Source of the DNA: Octopus sinensis
Taxonomy: Eukaryota
Length of the DNA stretch: 64,000 nt
Direction: 5' to 3'
NCBI RefSeq assembly: GCF_006345805.1
Contig: NC_043020.1
Coordinates: 20,894,001-20,958,000 of the forward strand
Position numbers and translations under genes: made by a program. The notes under the pieces are model-generated. The model worked only from the letters and a program-made list of their open reading frames with translations, ran no database searches and was not told the DNA's origin. Each line of letters opens with the position of its first letter. Position 1 is the first letter of the stretch. Below are positions 50,301 to 61,972 of the stretch, one piece after another.

Positions 50301-51075
50301 ATAGCAGCCCACCTTATTCTTTAACGTCGGGGGCTCTCCCTTCCAGTGCCACTCCACTGTCCACCTCTGGCCATCGAAGGCAGCCTGAAAGTCCTGGTCT
50401 TCAATGGCGTGTGTAGTATGCTTTTCCTCACGGTTGTCACCAGTGCATGGTCTCGCCATACACGGTTTCCCCGCAAACCCAAACGTTACACCGGCCTCGT
50501 TAACGGTGACACCTCCCAAACGGGTGATTGCATCCATCCCCATCACCACGTCAATCTCGTCCACCAAGTGGCCAACCACAATTGCTCGCAACGTCAGCCT
50601 TATTCCCTGCACCACAATCTGTGCATCTATAATGCCTTCACAGTGTACCTCTCTTCTGTCGACTACTCTTACACTGCTTTCTCCACTCCACGTCTCTACC
50701 ACTTCTGGTGTCATTATGGTTGTCGTACAGCCCGTGTCCACAAAGGCTCGCAACATTTTCCCCTCCACCAAAATGTCGAATACAGGTAATGACAATAAAC
50801 GCGCCTCTATTGATCCAAAGGGACAACTACTGGCGCAGTAGTCTCTCCAGACCGTTTTCCCGCAGACATTCGCTGGCTATATGCCCCGTTTCTCGACACC
50901 GGTAGCAAATGACCTCAGGCTTGGGTGACACGCAGTCTCGTACCATGTGTGGGCCCTGACACCGGAAACACTGTCCTTTGAATGGTCGCACACGTTCCTT
51001 GTTTGACCTCTCCCCGCTGCTCCTTGCTCGGCCACTTTTCGTTGTTGCAGTCGCTGCTACCGACGTCGTTCTGCA
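47303..51075 (-). mobile_element. 5'-truncated LTR retrotransposon with PR-RT-RH-IN order, divergent gypsy-like lineage
   Basis: Gag knuckles CFRCQGPHMVRDC and CYRCRETGHIASEC; PR FVDTGCTTT; RT VRPVLDFRELN, DLKSAYLQ, RLGFGLNSAP, YIDDI; RH WCDAS, HINVAEL, RTDS; IN H..HHMG..C..C, MDITH, DNGTAF, ERHHRTIK; LTR-like 47303-47563 (TG..CA). Confidence 0.88.
50018..50288. mobile_element. Solo LTR inserted in pol, 5-bp TSD TAGAG
   Basis: tgtagtgtg...acaccaca flanked by tagag at 50013-50017 and 50289-50293; clearly related to 47303-47563. Removing it restores YQHTLKGDA in frame. Confidence 0.9.
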
Positions 51076-51817
51076 GCACGAAACTAATTTTTGCTTGGTA
51101 TGTGCTGGTTTATATAACTATCCAGAAGGATAGATATATCATTGAGAACAATAGATTTAGTTAGTGGTCTTGTTATCTCTATTCTAGCTTTTGGTGAAGT
51201 AGAAGAGGTTAGAAAGGGTCAAGTGGTGCAGCCATTATTTCAGCCTAGCTAAAGGCATCTGGAAAATGTAAAACTGCTGTCAGAGAAGAACCAATGTTCC
51301 ACCGTGGGAAAAGTTCTGTTGCAGTGTTAATTTAAATTTGGTTATGGTGGATCGAATCCACTTCATGCATGCAAGATCCACTACATCTATATATATATAT
51401 CAAAATAAGCAACAAGGATATCCAGAGGTAATGCTTATTTTGATTTTAATCACCTTACTTTGAAATTGTATGAATAATACCGTACTAAATTCTGGCACCT
51501 CAACTTAAGTACCATATTCATCTGAATCTAAATTTTTGCTGAACTCTTCTACCATACCCAATATATATATATATGAATACCCACATAATTGTGTCTCTAC
51601 CTCCAGAATTTGTTTCCCCATAACTTTAAGAAAACTGGATATTTTTTTAATGAAATTTTCTACAAATACCTATCAGGTAGTATAGATTACGATTGTATCA
51701 GAATTTAAAGGGGAAAAAATTGATGAGCGCACCCACGTATATGCCGACGCACATAACATGTATATCGGTATGGCTATGGTGGATCGAATCCACTTCATGC
51801 ATGCAAGATTCACTACA

Positions 51818-52345
51818 ACATGGTACACTTAAATCATCCGTACCCAATGATCCTTACGAAGTGATATGCCTGGGAGACAAATCGTTCCAACTCCTGATTA
51901 GCGGACGACAAGACATGGTTTCCATCGATAGATTGAAACCTGCCCGTCTTGATATTGACAGCCTCATCCAAGTAGCTCAACCACCAAACAGGGGCCGCCC
52001 CAGGTAAATCACCCCAACCCTTGACAACGAACAGTCACCAAAGTGCCGAAAAACCACACGCACGGGCAGGGTGGTTAAAACACCTTCCCATTTCCAATGA
52101 CAGTGAACAGTTCTGGGGGTGGGGGTAGCTATATGTAGGGCATTGCCCAAAGACTTAGAACAGACGAACTGTTGACAGGAACTGCACTGCGGGCTAGCTA
52201 GTGAAAGGGACGCCCGGTTCGCAGGACGAAGCATGAGTCGGCCGATTGCTTTCACCCTCACAGTGTATAACCAAATGTAAGAAAATAAATCCTAAAGTAA
52301 CACACTTTTGCTCTCCGTTGATTTAGTTGCATATACCTTAACTAA
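51818..52345 (+). mobile_element. CsRn1-type 3' end with PPT and 3' LTR
   Basis: DMVSIDRLKPARLD..QPPNRGRPR homologous to 40490-40580; PPT gggggtgggggtagcta; LTR begins tgtaggg near 52134. Confidence 0.8.
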
Positions 52346-52439
52346 ATCTTTTTCGTCTTTCTTCAAATTTTTGTCCTTGTTTTTGCGCTCCTACCTTTCA
52401 ATCGCCGACGCGCGAATACCACAAAAAAATCAGAATCAG

Positions 52440-53120
52440 CAGTAATGTATTGAGGTCATTTGCTGGGGAAGGCGATGTGGTGGCCTCGATAAAAACCGTG
52501 AAATACGTGGCGAAACTGCAGAGTATTGAAGATGTAGCTAGTCTTATGCCGTTGTACTTAGAAAGCAGTGTTCTTAAAATCTCTGCTTGGAAATGGACGA
52601 AGCGGATCAGGAGAAAGTTGAAAAAATTGAAGAGCGTCTGAAGGACCATACACGGAGTGTGCGTTTAAAGTCTACAGTAAGCTCGGGAGAATAAGATAGA
52701 CTGGTGAGTAGATAGATAATTATGTGAGCGAGATCAGAAGGTTAACGGGTGTAGCAGGGTTTCCTGGAGCAGCAATGGAGCGGATGGTGAAGTTAGCTTT
52801 TGTGACCCGATTTCTCGATCATATCTCAGTACATCAGCAGCAGATGCCGGACCCCGAAACGATGTCAGTAGGAGAAATAGTGGATAAGACGCGAGTGTGG
52901 ACGCAAAGCAACAAACACGACGTAGCGGCAACAGTGACAGCGGATACGAGAAGAACGAAGAGGCAAGCGATGAACAAAAACAACAGGAGTATCGTGTGAC
53001 AAACGGCTAAGGGACCATGCTTTAGATGCCGACGTCCGCACGGTGCTAACCTGGGCACAGAGCGAACTATTGCAAGCAGGGAAACGAGGAGAGGGGAATT
53101 ACAGCACCGCTAGTTCCCCA
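52440..53120 (+). mobile_element. Gag fragment of the same lineage as 47303-51075
   Basis: FAGEGDVVA..VKYVAKLQ..VASLMPLYLE; LAFVT.F.D.IS; GPCFRC..PH; QGNE. Confidence 0.7.
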
Positions 53121-54208
53121 CCGATTGAAGATACACCACCAGTCTTTTCCTGATAGTGCTTTGTACAGGAGTCTCATCACTCTTGCTGCAGAGGATATGA
53201 AACGATGGTAAAAGTTTACCATACTCACAAATTGGTGTCGAGACTTGCCTGTGGTGGGGCATAGAAAGGACAAGATGGCTTTCACTTTTTCTGGTAGTGG
53301 TGTAGCATCAGCACCTGTGATTCGATGTCCCAAGAAGTCGATTTCTGTAACATCAAAAACACAGTTGACGGAGTTGATTATTAAATTGTACTGTGTTAGT
53401 CTATCAAAAAGGGAGCTTCTTCTGTAGCTTCGCATTCTGACATACGATAAAAATGTCATCAAAGTATGCAATGATGAAATTAAGGCCCCTACACACGGTG
53501 TCCATCAAGCGTTGGAAGGATTGTGCTGCGTTTTTTAGACCGATGGGTGTACGTAGGAATTCGTACCGTCCGAAAGGAGTGATCATAGTGGTACATCATC
53601 GTCTCGTACCGGTATTTGGTGGTAACCTCGAATGAGGTCGACCTTCGAGAAAACCGAGCACCCGGCTAGCTGGGCTGAGAAGTTCTGTATGTGGGGAATG
53701 TGGGAGCGGTCGGGTGTCGTGTCTGCGTTGAGGCGGTGGTAATCTCAGCAAGGTCGAAAACCTCCGTTGGGCCTCGGTGTCACATACAGGGGTGACAACC
53801 AGGGACTGCTTGATCGGCGACAATACCCAACGTCCCCATATTGTCAAACTCAACCTTTGCAATAGCAAGTTTGTCTGGTGGTAGCTGACGTGCGTGGCTG
53901 TGCACTGGTGGGCAGTTGGTGTGTATGTGGTGTGTCACTCCGTGGCGGACTGTAATGTTTGGAGAATGTCGGGGTAGTGGGATTGGGATGACTTGCAAGG
54001 AGATTCGAGAATTTGTTGTCGGTCTGAGAGGCGGTTGCTATGCGCGTGTTTGTGTGTGTGGGAGAACGTTCAGATGTTGCAACAGGCACGCAGTGTGTGT
54101 GTTACTGTTGACAAATCGTCTTCCTTGAAGATCAACCAGTAGTGAGTGTGCTTGAAGGAAGTCTGCTCCGATAATAGGCTGATGAACATCAGCGATAGTG
54201 AATGCCTT

Positions 54209-56954
54209 TGTAACGAACTTATGTGTGTGTAAATATCCTCGTGCACTTTTGGGGTGCACAAAGCAATCACTCACTAGCCGTTGCTTTAATAATCCAGAAT
54301 TCTACTAGTCAGAAACAACAAGACGCAGACGTAAAATATATATATACTACTTTATTCTCTTTCTTGGTAACAATAACAATAAGTAGTTATCTGATGTCCT
54401 TGGTTCGGGGCGCGCAAGGCTGAAAGTAAATCGATTGTAATATTTACAATGATCAGCCACAAAAACAGAAACGGATTCAAAATGGCGTCGAACAGGGAAG
54501 TTGAATGTGGTCGGCAACAATTTGGTAAGGACTGCTAGAAGCTAGTTCCAACGGAGAGAAAATATATCGCGTGACGTCGCCTTCAATCGCTGGGTCCCAA
54601 GTCCCCGATGACTGCTGCTAGTGGTCAAACGTTCTACGACCCCCTTGCCTCGCTAACTACCACGATAGGCAAGCGGGTCGTGCTTCCGGTGGTTCGCGCA
54701 TGCGCGAGAGGGCCCTTCCTTCTGTGCCTTGGTGAAGGCACCAACATGCGCGAAATACTAATGGACCGTGCGCGTGCGCGCCGTTGTAGTATCACTACAG
54801 GCTCCCCTCCAGTGCGTACGCACGAAAGGAAACTTATTGTAGTGACTGCAAAACTCAAGGTGGACACCAGATAACCAAATAGCACACAATAATATAATGG
54901 CAAAATTTATAACATACACAAGAAATTTACTAAAGGAAAAAGAGAAAAAATACTCAATGAGCAAAAATCAAGAGTGCAGGCATGAAAGTGTATACGTCAC
55001 AAAGTATAGAACCTTCCGCTGAAGGGAGCGGAAGAAAAGGCAGAACTCACAGTTATTGAACCTAGGCGAAATTAAAATCCAACTTCTCTAAAGGTGGTTG
55101 ATCCTGCGAAATAGCAGTTAAATCAATTGCTGCAGGAGAGGAAATGGAATTGACAGAATAGATCGCTAGTAACACAAAAGGCAAAGGTGCAAACATGCTG
55201 GTGTGATGCGCGACACAGATAATTTTCTGTTAATTACGTGACCAACAGTGGTCTAACAGGGAAAAATAATTACGCCCATACATAGGCGCAGCGCATGTGA
55301 ACATCCGACATATATGAGTCGGGAAAAGAATTAGTCTACTGCAAACGTGTTGCAAAAAACAAGGCAAGTACACGTGCGAAGCAAAAGGCGCATGAAATGC
55401 AATAGAGCTTGCCAGACCGAAAAACAGCAAGAATATGCCAGTGGTTGAGCGATTATATGCCTCGTTCGTACAGGAACAAAGGTATTACATGCTGGCGCGT
55501 TATAATGGACAAACAACCCTCTCTATGTATACGCGACCGCTAGGGTCTATAGAAATGAGGGGTGTCCACAAAAGGCAAATTTAGCATGGAACAAACAAGC
55601 GAGAAAAGCATGTGTGACGTATGTATGTGAGAGAGAGCATTTATGTGTGTGTACGTGTGTGCGACAGAAATACATACAAGGTGAATGCGAGCAAAATATA
55701 AAAACAGCGCATAGAAAAAATGTCTCTCGGGCTATTCCAGACAATGGAATTAGTTTACCAGTCTATAATAGCCTGATGTACAATAGCAGTTCGTTCTGTA
55801 ACAGAAATGTTGAAATCACAAAATGCAGATGCCGATTGAACACATATCGTGTCGCGGTTGTGGCTTCGATGCTGTGACAGGTTAACTGGAACAGAAGAAA
55901 TCTCGTAGAAAGTGCTGGGCTGTGAATTCTTGGTGTGCTAATGCACAAACGGCAAGTGGACCAAACTTCCGCGAGTTGCTATGTACATCTTGTGGAGGTC
56001 GACGGTGTTGAAAGGCGACGTTGGTGGTGGAAGGCGACTGTAGTGGACTTGGGACAACATCGTTCTTAGTGATGATGGCGACGAAGATAACGACGACGTG
56101 AAGTAGACAGACGACGATGACGATGACGATGGTGGAGAAAAGGCATCGAATATATGATGGCGTCCGTCATCATGGCTGTAGAAGAAGAAAGAGGCTCCTT
56201 CTACAACTGTTTGTGGTGGCCGGAAACAAATCGTCGAAAGATGAATGCGTAGAGTTAAATCGTGTTCCGACTTCGCAGAAAAACTGGATTTTTTGTTGTT
56301 GTTAAGTGATCTCTGGTTTTAGACCAGAATCACGTCGGGAGTCACCACTGTAACGAACTTAGTGTGAGTGTGTCTTGTGCTCTTGTACTTTCGGGGTACA
56401 AGAAAGCAATCACTCACTCACTAGCCGTTGCTTTAATAATCCAGAATTCTACTAGTCAGAAACAACAAAACGCAGACGTAAAATATACATATAACTACTT
56501 TATTCTCTTTCTTGGTAAACAATAACAATAAGTGTGTTATCTGATGTCCTTGATTCAGGGCGCGCAAGGCTGAAAGTTAATAGATTGTAATATTTACAAT
56601 CTTCAGCCCAAAAACAGAAAGGGGTCAAGATGGCGTCGAACAGGGAAGTTGAATGTGGTCGGCAACAATTTGGTTAAAGGTATTCGGCCGACTGCTGCTA
56701 TCAACCGGAGAGAATATATGCGTGACCGCCGCCTTCAATCGCTGGGTCCCAAGTCCCCGATGACTGCTGCTAGTGGTCAAACATTCTACGACCCCCCTGC
56801 CTCGCTAACCACCACGATAGGCAAGCGGGTCGTGCTTCCGGTGGTTCGCGCATGCGCGAGAGGGCCCTTCCTTTTGGTGCCTTGGTGAAGGCACCAACAC
56901 GCGCGAAATACAAATGGACCGTGCGCGAGCGCGCGCCGTTGTAGGATCACTACA
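54209..56954 (-). mobile_element. Complete non-coding (non-autonomous) LTR retroelement
   Basis: LTRs at 54209-54799 and 56349-56954 (TG..CA); TSD CCTT at 54205-54208 and 56955-56958; PBS tggtgactcccgacgtgat at 56329-56347 (tRNA-Trp, one extra nt); PPT ggaggggagcc at 54800-54810; no gag/pol ORF in the 1.55-kb interior. Confidence 0.93.
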
Positions 56955-57770
56955 CCTTTGTGCATGTTTGTGAGCCGATCAAAAGAGAAAGGATGCGGCA
57001 ACCGTACGCCCCGATTGTGGAGCTGTTGGCGGCTGTTAAAGTTTGGCCCTGCTTTCTGTAACAGAGGTCCCTTGCCAATGCTGAGATCATGCTGACTTCT
57101 GCTCCTGTGTCGATTAGGAACCTACATCCGGAGCTCCGATCGTGCACATAGAGGAGAAGTTGATCGTGATTGCCGGCCACCAGCGTATTCAATGGCGGCC
57201 GGCCCTGGAGTTTTCCGGGGATGATGGTCAAGGGGTCTTGAAGCTACATGGTTGTTTAAACCTGGTACCGAACTTTGTGTGGTAGAAGCACAGGTCGTCT
57301 TCTTTAACTCTTATATGTTTTGGGGCCGACCCTATGGTGTTCATCATAACCCTGTGTGACGTGAGGTGACGAGAATGACTCTTTCGTACCACATCACACG
57401 ACCGTTACAATAAAGAGAAATTGAATAGAACGAATAAATGCCAGATGGAAAGAGATATTGTTATGATAACATGTGCATCTGTGTGTGCGTCATGTATACA
57501 GAATAATTGAGAACAAAATGTATGTGTGTGTGTGTAAACATATATGTGTGCGTGTTAAGTACGTATAAGGATGGCAATAAGAAAAAGACAGTAAAAGTAT
57601 CCACAAGCCAACAAGGTGAGAAGAAATTGCAATACCAGTTCGTAGTCAGTCGTACACAGTAGTTGAAATACTGTATGAAGAAGTCGCGGCTATGATGCTG
57701 AGCCGGTTACAGGTACATGTCGTACGTGAATTCGTGGCTGTGATACTACGCCTGGGTTACTTGGTACATG

Positions 57771-58198
57771 GGATCTTTTCGGTTTGAACGGCAGTTTTTT
57801 TGTAGCGGTGTCATATGAAATTGTCACCCATAATTATAACCCTAGTATCGATCTAGTGCATTTCAATCTGTTTTAGGGTTAGGGCTAGTTAGGGTTAGTT
57901 AGGGTTAGAGGTGGGGGGAAGGGTATCTTTTTTGCTTCAGAAATGTAAATAAACCTAATCTGTTTCTCAAACGAGGGACATATTCATACAGCACAGAAAG
58001 TTTTTCACCTCAATAGATTAGTTGAAATTGTAGAAATTGAAGAAAAAACAACAAATATCTTACAAATTAAAGAATTTTCTCAATAAAACCAAGAGAAAAA
58101 GATGTTTTATAAACACATTCTACCAGTATACGAAGTTTAAAAGTGTTTAGTTACGTGGAAATTATTTTAAAAAACTGCCGTTCAAACCGAAAAGATCC
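57771..58198. mobile_element. MITE with perfect 30-bp TIRs and 8-bp TSD (Merlin-like)
   Basis: TIR ggatcttttcggtttgaacggcagtttttt at both ends; TSD GGTACATG at 57763-57770 and 58199-58206; internal ttagggttaggg tract. Confidence 0.88.
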
Positions 58199-58630
58199 GG
58201 TACATGAGTTCATTCGCTGTTGATCCGTAGTGAAATAATTCACGAACAGTGAACTGTTAGAACCTGGATGAATTGCTTGCTGAGCTGTGTACGTAGAGAG
58301 ATGATGTTGACGACGTAAAGAAGGACATGATGGTATTGACGAAGAAGGAGGTTCGTTGAATGTCATGGTAAATATCAACGTAGCTGCGTTGTCGCTGGAA
58401 CTGGCGAAGAAAAGCTGAGTTTTTATAAGGAGCTGTAAGCTAAAACAGGGTAGTAAACAGACTGTCCCACGTGATCCTATTTAGAGCCTCTGACTAGTTA
58501 TGCGCGGCAAGTTGGCACAACCGAGTAGGGGACAAATTGTGCCAATACCAGCCAATCAGAGTAGTGGACACAACGTGATCCAAATAGCGGTCAAAGGCTT
58601 GCTGTTCCCTGCTACGTTCGAATGCATGTA

Positions 58631-59059
58631 TCTCTCTCTATATAAACGGCAGTTTGTCTGTCTGTGTGTCTGTGTGTCTGTCAGGTTGTACCCTCACCCT
58701 GACCACGGCTTTCAACCGATTCTGATGAAACTTGACACACACATAGCCCAATGTCATAATTCAAAACTAACGCAGCGAAAATTTTGAAAAGTTCTCCCAG
58801 TTCTGAAAAAAATCGATAAATTCGACATGGGGTCGAGAATCTAAGCTTTTTATATGCAACACATTTTCTGTCTAGGGGACACAACTCGACAGCTAGGGAC
58901 AGCTAGGAACATCGTATACACAGAAGTATTCGAGTGAAGAGAAGACATTGCAACCTACACATGCGCCTTCGTTCCCTAGAGGGAAAGGACTAGATTGGGA
59001 TTAGTCGTTGCCTACTAGGGGCTCTTACATACCCGGGAAACGCTGGGCTATGCTGCTAG
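58631..59059 (+). mobile_element. Non-autonomous Helitron
   Basis: a|TCtctctctatatataaac..., internal (gtct)n, hairpin cccgg-gaaacg-ctggg, then CTAG|t. Confidence 0.8.
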
Positions 59060-60429
59060 TATACAATAAATGGGAGAGAGGAATTTCACCCGAGCCTACA
59101 CTACAACTCCACTGGATAAAAAAAATGTTTGTTAGCTGCTTTCGCTAACTGTCTCAGGTCCTTAATCTCGGCCTGAGATGAGGGCCTGGACCTGGGGTGG
59201 TATTTTGCGGAGGAATATTTCCCTAAACAAAAAGGAAGGAGACTCACTGGGAGAAACTAATACCAGCATCTTGTCCATCAACTTCGAAGGCTTGGAATCG
59301 CCTAATTCTTACTCCAGTATCTTGGTTGCTGCTTCCAGGTCGCTCAGCCGGAATGTGTTAACGATCCTGTCTTTTAACGTGGTGTATTTGGGCGTAGCCG
59401 GAGTTTGGATTAAAATGTCCAGCACTCTTGTTGCCGTGTCTTCATCCAATGCCACTGCTACGTACGATCATTTCGTTAGGTCCGAGGTGATATTGCGTAC
59501 GCTAAATTGCAATCCCGCCTGCGCGAACCATAGATCGGCCCGCTTCGGCCAGAATCGAGGAAGCTTCAGTGCTGTGGTATGATCGCTTGCCATGTTCGTT
59601 TTCTGTTTATTTCGATATGTTGTTCTTCTGTGGGGTCACAAATTATAGCTTTAGTTTAGCTATAGACAAAAAAAAAATCAACAGAGAATAAGAGTGTGTT
59701 GATTCTTACATTCAGTTATACATCGTGAGGGCGAGAGCTATCAGCCGACTCGTGCTTCGGAGAAGTCCCACCGAATCGGAAGTCTCCTTCAATGCAGACA
59801 AGCTCACTAGCTAGCCTGCAGTGAAGTTCCCGTCTACAGTTGGTCTGTTCGAAGTCTTTGGACAGTGTACTACACTGTCAATAACAAAAATACAATGGCA
59901 GAAAAGCTTCAAACTTATCGGATAAAAAGAAATTATTTTCTTCCATCAGAATATAACGAAGACATTGTGGATGAAAGGTGTCAACCCTCTCACCTATGAA
60001 GTAACATTTTAATTCATAATTTAGATAATGGGAGGCGAAATACTCTTGACCCTTTGAAGAGTCACCGAGAGAAAGAGGGACGGAAAAGGTATTCACAAAC
60101 TGGAGACCTGATCCGAATGTTAGCAACAAAGGGGATAATACTAAGGGCAGCCAAATTGCAAGGGGATAGCGTTAAAATGGGTGACGGATTATGTTATGTG
60201 TAGTTTGGGTTCTAATGGGATAGACAACCAAATGAAGACCATTGTTATTGTTACGTGTTTATTTACTTCTCATGTTACACGGACTCGACATTCAGCGTAG
60301 TAATACATTATATACTTTGCACACAGTTGTATTGTTCACTAACAAAATAGTGCCAAGAGTGGGGATGTAGTTTGGCATACGTAAACACATAGATATGAAT
60401 GTGTAACAGATTAAGTAGGCTGATGTTAT

Positions 60430-60562
60430 AATCCTTTCTATTATAGGCACAAGGCCTGAAATTTGTGGGGAATGGGCCAGTCGATTAGATCGACTCCAGT
60501 ACACAACTGGTACTTACTTTATCGACCCCGAAAGGATGAAAGGCAAAGTCGACCTTGGTGGA
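60430..60562 (+). mobile_element. Octopod-type SINE body fragment
   Basis: gtcgattagatcgactccagtac..ctggtactt..tttatcgaccccgaaaggatgaaaggcaaagtcgacc; a degenerate relative lies at about 15015-15145. Confidence 0.6.
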
Positions 60563-61522
60563 GTAGGCTGATGTAATAATGTCGAGTATTAAGTAATGGA
60601 GAAGGAAATATTCTCAGATTAACAACAGAAATGCTAAAAAAAGCCCAAGTTTTCTCCCATTATAATTGTTTCCTTTCCCCCATCTCTCTCTGTCCTTTAT
60701 CTACACAAAGCATATCTATCCACACCCTCTTCGTAACACACACTACAATTCTTCGTAACACACACTACAATTCTTCGTAACACATACTTCAATTCTATCG
60801 CGAAAGGCAATATATCACCTTATCATGTTGTTCAGCTTAAATTTTGATTACGTGTCCGTCCCCAACTTTTCCTTCGATTGTTCATTATAGTCTGATTCCA
60901 TGTCTCAGCAACAAACATCCTCTCACGTCTTTCACTAAGATAACCACATATCTGCAGAATGACACATTAAGCAGCACTCTTATATTGTATTCCCTACCCC
61001 CTTCTTATTAAAATCTAGAAAATAAATAGTTCAGGCACATGTTTGTTACAACAAACGAACCCTGCTATACAGAAGAATTTTGCAGGTTGAATAATTCTCA
61101 CGATAGCGATGTTGTGGAAGTGATTATACAATATAGTTTATCGCCTCAAATATAGCGAAAAGTGATATGGCAACTTCCACCAGCTGGCCAACATCGTGAC
61201 CTAGATCAATGATTTTCAGAGTCGGTTTCAATTAAAAAAGAAAAAAGAATCTGGTGTTTCACGAGAATAGGTGCTTTTAAAAATATATTCTTTTTAAATG
61301 CGAGCTTTCGTTCTATGTACATATAATGGTGGACAACAGAGTGACTGGAAGGCAACTGCCAAACACCACCACCAATACTGAATGTTTGTGAAAATGATGA
61401 TAGGTAAACCTTTACAAGTTGAGAAGAGATTGTCTGAAGTTCCTTGCATGGGGTGATATTTACTTTTGACGACGCTTCATGCCTTATGTACTCTTTTAAA
61501 CAAAAAAAAAAAAAACTGAAAT

Positions 61523-61972
61523 AACGGAAGTGACGACAATCAAATTGGAAAGAAATGAAAAGGATAGAAAGAAAAATATAAGTTTGAAGCTTACTGAATA
61601 TGTTTATGTAACAGGAAGAAGTATTTACATAAACTTATAAAATTCATTTATTCAGCAAATTAAATATCCTACTGGTTGAATTTACCATACACATGTGTTG
61701 TTGAAGAACAACGCACCACTTGTTCCACATCAACGTTCTGTTGCTAGTCTGAAGTGGTGAACTTCAGTTGTTATATGCGAAACAATATCTCACTACTATT
61801 CGGAACATCGGTACCTGTAGACATAACACCACACACATGCAATTTTTCCTTTGTTTTAGTTCCATTTGTTTTTTTTCTATCTTAATTTCTTAGTTCCCTC
61901 TTCGCTTTGTTATTTGTGAATTTCTTCCTATCACTTTAATTTCTTTCCAATTTTATTGTCGTCACTTCCGTT
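61523..61972. mobile_element. Foldback/MITE-like element with 33-bp inverted arms
   Basis: aacggaagtgacgacaatcaaattggaaagaaa (61523-61555) versus 61940-61972, one mismatch. Confidence 0.6.

Larger units (their letters stand above)
53130..59874 (-). mobile_element. CsRn1-clade element split by nested insertions (5' LTR 59645-59874, gag 59095-59595 and 57200-57358, PR, RT to about 53130)
   Basis: Gag LKLPRFW..LWFAQA..LGDSKPSKLMDKML; degenerate PBS tgtgacccc at about 59632-59640; CFYHTKFG; FLIDTGAEVS; KAFTIADVHQPIIGADF; FGRYEFLRTP.GLKNAAQSFQRLMD; YFDDI. Confidence 0.85.

Noticed and set aside
51818-52345. Being the inverted 3' end of the 53130-59874 element
   Set aside because: Its LTR differs substantially from the 59645-59874 LTR, with indels, which fits a separate related copy better.
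54385-54455. Hammerhead-like fold in both LTRs of the non-coding element (CTGATGT-CCTTG..CAAGG-CT-GAAA-GTAAAT..ATTTAC)
   Set aside because: A9 is U, two extra nucleotides precede GAAA, the essential U16.1 is missing, stem III is broken in the other LTR, and it lies antisense to the element. It is not supportable as a retrozyme without a consensus test.
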